Assembly: GCA_016748015.1 (NCBI GenBank) | Contig: JAAOMT010000200.1 | Coordinates: 901,502 to 965,501, forward strand | DNA length: 64,000 nucleotides | Direction of reading: 5' to 3' | From: Geosiphon pyriformis uo1 | Taxonomy: Eukaryota > Fungi > Glomeromycota | Shown here: one piece after another, positions 54,501-64,000 of the stretch | Numbering within the stretch: position 1 is the stretch's first letter | Layout of the letters: every line of letters begins with the position of its first letter | Program-made: the position numbers and the translations under genes | The notes under the pieces: generated by a model | Database searches by the model: none | Seen by the model: the letters and a program-made list of their open reading frames with translations, nothing else | Told to the model about the DNA's origin: nothing

Positions 54501-55024
54501 TCTCATAATAAACTTTCTGTACCCACAGTTTATTTAAATGAGGTTTCAGTTTAAAAACTCTTTTCCATCTGGAATAATCGAAATTTAGAGTTTTAGCATT
54601 GTCTGTGAATAGACAAGTATTTTTCGTTCAACGATAACACATTTTGAAGAATACACTTTCGAAAGCCTGTTTACGGCATTATATATTCATGCATCCGCTA
54701 TATAATAGGTTGTAATGCAAAGAACAATGACCTACCTTTTGCCTTTTTAGACTAATAATCAATTTTGAAATCTGAAATGTTTTTGGGACATTGTTAGCGT
54801 AACTTAACAATGCGCCTATCAAATTTATGAACAATTGGAATAATAATAAATTGGCTTTTTTAACATTCTGCTTCAATTAATATTGTTTCTAGTCACATAT
54901 TTTCCTATAAAATAGATCGTGCCTTCCCAACTTCTTTTCATTCAATCCAACCAAAAGAACTAAAAGAAAAAAAGAAATTGAACTCTCAAATTCAAATTAA
55001 ATCAAATCAAATAACTTAAACAAA

Positions 55025-55156
55025 ATGCAACCAACAACCAACAATCAATCCTCATTCAATCCGCTCTCAATCATCGCTCCTGGCAATGGCTCGATTAAAG
55101 GACCAACTGGTGACCCAGACGATGGTAGCGGCACTGGTCAATGCTCTATCATGTAA
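55025..55156 (+). CDS. a-factor-like pheromone precursor, copy 3
   Basis: Same 43-aa peptide; ends TGC TCT ATC ATG TAA. Confidence 0.85.
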   Translation: MQPTTNNQSSFNPLSIIAPGNGSIKGPTGDPDDGSGTGQCSIM

Positions 55157-56921
55157 AATTCGCAGAGTATTTATATTGAAAGTTCTCTTTTTTCGACCAT
55201 CCCAATAATATGTGTGAAAAATTATCGTCAGCACTTCTGAATTATATACTTCAAGTTAATATAATGCAAATTTGGACTCTTTACATAGTTATCAAGCTAT
55301 TAATAATCAATAGTAATGCAAAAGTCAATAGGATTATTTATAATGAAATGATATCGCATATTTCTCTTCACTATTTCTTAATATTAATTGTGTATTAGTA
55401 TTATAGCATTACTTTTATAAATGTCATTGGTTTTACCAAAGTTTAAATAAAATGCTTCTAGCATTTAAACTTAATAAAGGAAAGCTTTAACTCAAGGACT
55501 GTGGAACTTTTTCCTCAAAAAAAATGTGGTTTCTATCATATAAAAAATACTGCTACTCAGGTGCTTTTAAGGTATATTCTTGGTGAACTTGAACAATTAA
55601 ATTATTTAACGCAAAAATTGAGCCTTAGATATTTGGAATCCCCCCAAAAAATAGAAACCTAAATAAAAAATTTAAGTTTTTACTGCTAATAAAATTTTTG
55701 CTTTGAAATTATGAAATGCATAGCTACTATTTAAAGTATTTTAAAATATGTTATGAACTATTTTTCACTACTTTTTTTAGATTAATAAAAATCTTGATGA
55801 CATAACTTAAGTTTTTGAATTATTGTCTCTAATTTAAATTTTACGGGCAAAAAACATTGACATAAATATATAAAGTGTTACAATAGAAGGTTATAAGACT
55901 AAAAAAAATAAAGCTAGATATAAAATATATTAACAATTAAATATGACATCCTTTTGAAAATATCGAATTATTTAAATTGGGTTAAATTGTTTCGCTCTTT
56001 AGCAAGTTTCGGTTTGAATTTCTAATTAGCAGCTATTCGAATAAGTCATTGAAATAATTAAATTACAAGGCAGGCATCCTTACAATTAGTATAAGAGAGG
56101 CTAGCAAATTTATCTTAAAACTAAAATAATAATAAGTGTCAATTTGGTTTGGGTAAATCGAATGATTCGAGCTTTTTAAAATAAATTTTCATATGCACAC
56201 TTAGCAAATAGTCATTAAAGCCTCATAACTTAAATAATATTTTTTACTAATTACTTATTAATTCAAAGTTTCCCTCATATTAATTTTGAAATTAAAACGC
56301 ATTCTGTTTATAGATTGATACTTATACTAAAAGTCATTTTATTCCCGATTTTTTATGGATATTTGTTTATGAAAAGGTTCAAAAAAGATATTCATTTACA
56401 ATCTTAAATTCAAAAGCATTTTGCATGCTAGTAATAGATTTTCTTGCATGTAATACTCATTTAGCATACCGTTAAACATTAGATGGAAATTTAGAGTTTT
56501 TAATATTGTCCGTGAATGAACAAATGTTTTTTCTACAACTATAACACATTTTTGAAGAAAACTCTTTTGAAAGCCTGTTTATGGCATTGTAAATTCATGC
56601 ATCCGTTCTATAATATTGTAGTGCAAAGAACAATAACCTACATATTGCCATTTTCGACTAAAATAATCAATTTTAAAAGCTGATCCGTTTTTAGGACATT
56701 GTTAGTATAGCTTAACAATGCGTTTATCAAATTTCTGATTAAATGGAATAATAATTTGACTTTTTTAACATTCTGCTTCAGTTAATATTGTTTCTAATCA
56801 TATCTTTTTCTATAAAATAGATCGTGCCTTCCCAACTTCTTTTCATTCAATCCAACCAAAAGAACTAAAAGAAATTGAACTCTCAAATTCAAATTAAATC
56901 AAATCAAATAACTTAAACAAA

Positions 56922-57053
56922 ATGCAACCAACAACCAACAATCAATCCTCATTCAATCCGCTCTCAATCATCGCTCCTGGCAACGGCTCAATTAAAGGAC
57001 CAACTGGTGACCCAGACGATGGTAGCGGCACTGGTCAATGCTCGATTATGTAA
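56922..57053 (+). CDS. a-factor-like pheromone precursor, copy 4
   Basis: Same 43-aa peptide; ends TGC TCG ATT ATG TAA. Confidence 0.85.
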   Translation: MQPTTNNQSSFNPLSIIAPGNGSIKGPTGDPDDGSGTGQCSIM

Positions 57054-59313
57054 AAGTTACAGAGTATTCATATTGAAAGTTCTCTTTTTTCGACTATCCC
57101 AGTAAATTATGTGAAAATTATCGTCGGCACTTCCTCAAGTTAATATAATGCAAATTCGGACTCTTTATATAGATATCTAGCTCTTAATAATCAGCGGTAA
57201 AGCAAAAGTCGATAGAATTACTCGCAACTAAAGGATACTGCATATTTCTATTTCACTCTTATTTAATATTAATAGTGTATTAGCATTAGAGTAATCGAAT
57301 TTGGTTAGTATTAACAAAATATTCCTAATATGTAAATTTTAATATTAATAGACTTTAATTCAAGAACGTTAAAACCTTTTTTGCTCAAGTAAAATAAAGC
57401 TATTTGGACCTTTAAAAATATCTCTCTTAATATCAAAGTGAAACTTGAAAGTCAAATATGAACCTGTTCAATCTTTACTAACTCAACTCAAACCTGATAT
57501 TTACCTTGAATTATTAAATTTTTTAAAGCAAAGAGATTAAAAGCTTGCGATAAATATATATCAACCAATCTTTGAATCATATTTCTCCTATCAAAATTCA
57601 GTGAAATTCATATTAAATGTTTTATTTGCGCTTAAAATATTCTATTTCATTTTTTTATTTGAAGTTATGAGTTTTTCTTAAGCATATCTTTTAACATTGA
57701 GAAAAATCTAATCTCTAATTTATACTTTTAATATGAATTGATAATAGAAGTTAAAATACCGAAGTTTATTATACTAACAATTGAAAATACCTATAAAAAA
57801 AGATTGCTTTTGCAAAAAATTATATTTTTTAATACTACTTTAAGAAAAAACCTGTAGTGCACTTGTATTTTCATCAACTTTGATGTAAAATTTAGAATTT
57901 ATTTTTTATTGTGATCTAAGCTTAAAATTTTATTGATGACTTTATAATAATAAATATTAAATTTGGCATAATCAAGGTGTTTTTATATAAAAATTTAAAT
58001 CAAATTTGAACAAAATTTTTACCGCAATATTGCAACATAATGTTTTTTTAAATAGTAAAGATGCTAATTATTAACGAAAAGATAATATCTAATCAGAGAA
58101 TATTATTCGTAACTTTTTAGAATGTAGAAAATACTCTCAAAAGATTATTAAATGCACAGATGTAAAGCTCTTTATGGTTAAACACAATGGGTTAATGAGA
58201 CTAGCACTAAAAATGAATGATTTGTCTAAACGTTAATGTGATATTTTTTGGTATTTAAGCTTCAGATTATAGAATTCAAAGAATATTTATAACTCAGACA
58301 GAACAATATCTACTTCGAAACTCGCATAAAATCTATATTGTTTGTTTTAATTGAAATTTTCCTATCTTCCTATTTTCGACTTAAGCATTGAAGAATGGAA
58401 CCAGATAGTGCTCGAACGGAGATAAAGAATTGTTAGACATAAACTCTTTGAAAAAAATTTAAAGTATTTCACTTTTAAATTTGCGATAGTAAGAGTTGAT
58501 AGCTAGTTTTCCCATTCAAAAATATTTAGAGATAAATGTTATATTAAGTGAGTTATTTAATGTAGAAATCCTATAATTTATTCTAAAATTAGACGAATAA
58601 TTAGCAGGAGTTTATTTGAACCTAATATAAATAAATTTATTTAAAAATATTTTCAGTTCTACCCAAATCAATTCTGAATTTAAAAGCATTTGTTTATAAA
58701 TTGATACTTTTTACTAAGAAAACAAAAATGTTATTATTTCACATTAACTGAATTGCAAATCTAGCATATTTTAATTCCGAAGAGATCCTAAAAAAGATCC
58801 CTATTTACAATTTGAATTCAAAGGTATTTGGCATGTTAGTCATAAATTCTCTTGGATGTAATACCGTTAAACATCAGGCACTGGAATAATCCAAATTTAG
58901 AGTTTTTAGCATTGTCCGTTAATAAACAAGTATTATTTGTACAACTATAACACGCTTTTGAAGAAAACCCTTTTGAAAGCCTATTAACGGCATTGTAAAT
59001 TCATGCATCTGTTCTATAATATTGTAGTGCAAGAACAATGACCTATATCTTTCCTTTTTCGACTAAAATAATCAATTTAAAAAGCTGATCCGTTTTAACA
59101 ATGTGTCTATCAAATTTATGACTAAATGGAATAATAACTTGACTTTTTTAACATTCTGCTTCAGTTAACATTGTTTCTAATCATATTTTTTTCTATAAAA
59201 TTGATCGTGTCTTCCCAATTTCTTTCCATTCAATCCAACTAAAAGAACTAAAGAAAAGGAAAGAAATTGAATTCTCAAAATTAAATTAAATCAAATCAAA
59301 TAATTTAAACAAA

Positions 59314-59445
59314 ATGCAACCAACAACCAACAATCAATCCTCTTTCAATCCGCTCTCAATCATCGCTCCTGGCAACGGCTCAATTAAAGGACCAACTGGT
59401 GACCCAGACGATGGTAGCGGCACTGGCCAATGCTCGATTATGTAA
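59314..59445 (+). CDS. a-factor-like pheromone precursor, copy 5
   Basis: Same 43-aa peptide; the G38 codon is GGC. Confidence 0.85.
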   Translation: MQPTTNNQSSFNPLSIIAPGNGSIKGPTGDPDDGSGTGQCSIM

Positions 59446-62400
59446 AAGTTGCAGAGTATTCATATTGAAAGCTCTCTTTTTTCGACTATCCCAGTAAATT
59501 GTGTGAAAATTATCGTCGACACTTCCTCAAGTTAATGTAATGCAAATTCGGACTCTTTATGTAGATATCTAGCTCTTAATAATCAGCGGTAAAGCAAAAG
59601 TCGATAGAATTACTCGCAATTAAAGGATACTGCATATTTCTCTTTCACTATTTTCTAATATTAATTGTATAGTAACATTATAGTAATATAATTTGATCAG
59701 TTTTACTAAAGGTTAAATGAAATATTCCTATATTTAAATTTGGTAATAAAATGCTTTTATTCAAAACCATAAAACTTTTTTTACTCAAATAAAATAAAGC
59801 TAATTGGACCTTCAAAAGTATATTTCTTGATTGTAAAGTAAAACCTGAAAGTTAAATCCGAAACTGTTTAATCTTTACTAACTCAACTCAAGGCATTCGA
59901 ATATTTAGGTGTTCATAAGTCTTATAAAATTAAAAAATTAAATTAAAAAGCTTTGATACTTTTTATTGCTTTAAATTTCTGACTTGAGTTGAAAATAAGC
60001 AAAATTAACACTCTATTTAAAAACTTATCAGGAAAGTAGTAGCAAAAAATTTCGAATTTCTTTATATAGCATTAAAATATACAAATAGTTTCACATATAT
60101 TCAGTCTAAAGAAGTTAAAAAATAACTTAAGGCTTTTTCTTCTAAGTTAACATAAAAAAACCTCGAATGATTATTCTCTACTGAATAAAGTCATTTACTA
60201 AAATCTAATTATGGTCGGCTCTTACGCTTTCCATAGGTCTGATCCAAGGCTCTTTCATATGCAGAACGGAAACAATAAAATTTTATAGCTATTTTTCTTA
60301 GCAGTTGCTACTAAAGTAATAACCTTTCAATATTTGTATTTCTTTATTCTGGTGCTTGTGATAATTAAATTTTTTAGCCTTTGATTATAATAGCTAGTTT
60401 AAAAAAAATTGATTTTGAAGATATTAGGCTCAATTAAATATTGAGATTTCCACTAAATTTATATTAAAATATCAGATAATTTTTATTGCGATTGCAAGCT
60501 GTAAAGTCATTTTTGAGAATTTAGAGTTATCGGTAAATAGTTTAAATTTCTTTTGGAAAATTTAAAACATAGAGATTAATTATAATTGATTTAAATAATA
60601 AGAAATTATTTTTTGGAATTTGAAGGATAGATCGAATTTTGTGATTCATTCCTGTTGCTGAGCGGGTAGGTTTAGGTCAAAAGTAGCTAATGTTATAGCA
60701 TAATTAGTATAAATATGAAATTTGCAATATTTAGGTCTTTTGTCTTTTTACAAAATTTATTTTAATCAATTTTTTGTCAAAGGTACTTCACATAAGAGGA
60801 TAAAAATATTCTAAATTTTAATTAAAATAATAAAAACTAAGCAATTTTTAGAGTAACAGATACTATAGGGGCTACTCATTATCACTGTGATATGCTATAG
60901 GTGAGAACCTATTTATTAAATTCTAGTGCAGTGTATTTTTTGCTCTGTACTTTGAAACAATAATGAATTCATTTAGAAACTATTAAAATTTTAAAAGCAA
61001 AGAGATTAAAAGCTTGCGATAAATATATTATCAAACAATACTCTCAACTCTATTTTTTGATATTAAAAAATTTAAACCCTTTAATTTACACTTCTAATAT
61101 GACTTAAAAAACAGAGGTTGCAATGCAGATGTTTACTATACCAATAATTGAAAAATCCCTCAAAGAATGATTACGAAAAATTATATAGCAATAATATTTT
61201 ACCTATAATTTCCGTGTTTTTGTTTAAAATTTATAGTTATTAATATCAATTTTTTTAATGTAAAATTTAGAATTTATTCTTTATTGTAATCAAAGTTTAA
61301 AATTTTGTTGATGACTTATAAAAATAAATACCAAAACTTGGAATAACACACAAAATTTGAATTCAATGCGAATTATAAGCTAAACCATGTTTTTTTCTTA
61401 ATATTATTTGAATAATGCAACATAAAGAATTCAGTATTAATTGTTAGGAGTATTTAAATAATAATTAAATATTAACAAAAAGAATAATAATTAATCAAAA
61501 ATTATTTTCTAAGTGTAGAAAATATTTACAAAAAAGATTTATTATTAAAAAATAAATGAATTGTCTAAACTTTAATTGATATTTTTTTAGTATTTTAACT
61601 TTACTTTATAAAATTCTATAGTTCTTGCAGAACAATATCTACCTCAAAACTCGCATAATATATGTATTGTTCAATCTAATTGAAATTTTCTTTTATTTTA
61701 TTTTCGACTTAAGAATTGAAGAATAGACGAAATGGTTGACAAATGCAGATGAAGAGTGATTGAACATAAACTCATTAAAAAATTAAATATCCAAGATTGT
61801 CCAATTATTTTACTCTTTAGCGGGTTGAAATTTGCAAAGTAAGAGTTGACAGTTAATTTTTCCATTCAAAAAAGGTATTTAGAGACTAGTAATATTATTT
61901 CAAAATTAAAAATATTAGAACACACAAAAAAATTCTTATAATTTAATCTAAAAATTAGGCTAACCATTAACAAATTTAAGAATCTTTCATATCTACTTAA
62001 ATTAATTCTGAAAATTAAATTCATTAGCATAGAGTTAAACAGAATAATTGAAATTTAGAGTTTTTAGCATTGTCCGTGAATAAACATGTATTCTTTGTAA
62101 AACTATAACACGTTGTGCAGAATATCCTTCCGAAAACTATTTATGGCATTGTTAAGTTCATGCATCCCTATATAATATATTGTAGTGCAAAGAACAATGT
62201 CTACCTCTTAAAATCTGACATGTTTTTAGGGCATTGTTAATATGGCTTAACAATGCGTCTATCAAATTTATGATTAAATGGAATAATAATTTGACTTTTT
62301 AACATTTTGCTTCAGTTAATATTGTTTCTAATCATACCTTTTTCTATAAAATTGATCGTGCCTTCCAAATTTCTTTTCATTCAATCCAACCAAAAGAACT

Positions 62401-62466
62401 AAAAGAAAAGGAAAAGAAATTGAATTCTCAAATTCAAATTAAATCAAATCATATAACTTAAACAAA

Positions 62467-62598
62467 ATGCAACCAACAACCAACAATCAATCTTCATTCA
62501 ATCCACTCTCAATAATTGCTCCTGGCAACGGCTCGATTAAAGGACCAACTGGTGACCCAGACGATGGCAGTGGCACTGGTCAATGCTCAATAATGTAA
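62467..62598 (+). CDS. a-factor-like pheromone precursor, copy 6
   Basis: Same 43-aa peptide; ends TGC TCA ATA ATG TAA. Confidence 0.85.
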   Translation: MQPTTNNQSSFNPLSIIAPGNGSIKGPTGDPDDGSGTGQCSIM

Positions 62599-64000
62599 AA
62601 ATTGCAGAGTATTCATATTGAAGCTTCTCTTTTTTGATCATCCCAGCAAATTGTGTGAAAAATTATCGGCACTTCTTCAAGTTAATATAATGCAAATTTG
62701 AACTCTTTACATAGATATCTAGCACTTAATAATTAGCAGTAAGAAAAGTCGATAGAATTATTCACAACGAAAGGATAATGCATATTTCACTTTAATCTTA
62801 ATTGTATATTAGTGTTATAAACTTATTTTGATTAGTTTTTACCAAAGCTTATATAGAATATTTCTAGTGTTTAAATTTGATAATAGAATCCTTTAACTCA
62901 AAGAACCATAAAAGCTTTTTTTCTCAAATAAAATCTTGAGCCTCTATCACTGATAAAATAAAACTAATTGGACCCTTTAAAAGTATATCTCTTGATAGCA
63001 AAGTGAAACTTAAAAGTCAAATAAAAAAGTGTTCAATATTTACTAACTTAATTCAAGGCATTCGAGCATTAGATATTCATAAATTTTATAAATACAGAAC
63101 TTTAAATCAAAAAGCCTTGATACTTTTACTGCTAATAAATTTCTGATTTAATTTAAAATGAGCAATGAAGTCATTATTCATCATGCAAAAAAAATTAAAA
63201 ATTAAAATAAAACTCTTATAATATAAATTATATAAGTTTTAAATTGTCACACTAATTTAAAAATTTATCAGCAAAACAGTGCCAAATAATTTGAATTTTC
63301 TTTATACGACCTTCAAATTATACATATATTTTTGACACAAATTCAATCGAAAAAAAGTGAAGTTTTTTCTTTAAACAACTATTCTCTATTTACGAAAATG
63401 TAATTCTCAATAGTGTGCAAAATTAGTGAAATCAGCTGTAGCTTAATTATTTTGATTATTTTATTTCTTGCTTTGTATTAAAATTGAAAATTTTGAATAG
63501 ATATAAACTAAAAATAATAAACTTTAGTTTCTTATTAATTATTGACTTTAGGAATTGTTTGCTTTTAAAATTATAAAACTAAAGTTTTTTCCTTAAATCT
63601 ATTAAGCTATTAAGTTATTAAATTTTAATTTTGTTGAAATTCTCATTTAGTATTGTCATGAAATTATTTTTCGAATATTTGTGTAACTTAATTGCAAAAA
63701 CTTAATATAAATACATATATCTTTTAAAATAATTCATTATTTTCAAATCCTTTCTCCTATAAACATAAAAAATATTATGGCTTTTTTATCATATTTTCAT
63801 TTAAGGCTTGTATTAATTGAATTTTTTAGCCTTTGATTAAATAGTTGGTTGGAAAATCTTTTAATGCTAAAGATATTATATTTAACTAAAAATTGAATTT
63901 AAAATTATTAGCATATAATTTAATTTTTTTTGAAAACTTTAAAGATAGAAGCTATCCAAAATAATTAATAGTTAAGACTAATCTTATACATCAAACTTTG

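Larger units (their letters stand above)
46680..64000 (+). repeat. Tandem segmental array of six units (ATG-to-ATG spacing 3715, 3637, 1897, 2392 and 3153 bp), each carrying one CAAX-peptide gene; it may continue past the window
   Basis: Long homologous flanks recur, e.g. 47805-48650 vs 51520-52370, 46680-47220 vs 55965-56480, and the promoter block starting tggaataatc.aaatttagagtttt. Confidence 0.93.

Noticed and set aside
46680-64000. The array as a CRISPR, satellite or collapsed-assembly artefact
   Set aside because: The units are kb-sized with no repeat-spacer structure, and each copy has its own substitutions and indels.

Overview
This is a very AT-rich eukaryotic window with GT-AG introns. 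The gene content (F-box and Sel1 remnants, DUF4238, Fanzor/IS607 relic, AOX, long PPR protein) looks fungal, most like Glomeromycotina/Mucoromycota; the taxon is inferred. The left and middle parts hold a spliced 7-TM GPCR-like gene, a decayed IS607/Fanzor2 element (TnpA + TnpB), a single-exon PPR gene, an intronless DUF4238 gene with a partial inverted copy, a 5-exon alternative oxidase and a 5-exon secreted BBE-like FAD oxidase. These sit between long, extremely AT-rich decayed-repeat blocks. The main discovery is in the last ~17 kb and is missed by the ORF track because the ORFs are under 60 aa. It is a tandem array of six genes that all encode the same 43-aa peptide, MQPTTNNQSSFNPLSIIAPGNGSIKGPTGDPDDGSGTGQCSIM. 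The peptide ends in a CAAX box and aligns without gaps to yeast a-factor Mfa1, and the copies differ only by synonymous changes. Each copy has a conserved TATA box and HMG-box-type (AACAAT/ATTGTT) promoter motifs. This is a candidate lipopeptide mating-pheromone locus in a lineage where peptide pheromones are not, to my knowledge, established.
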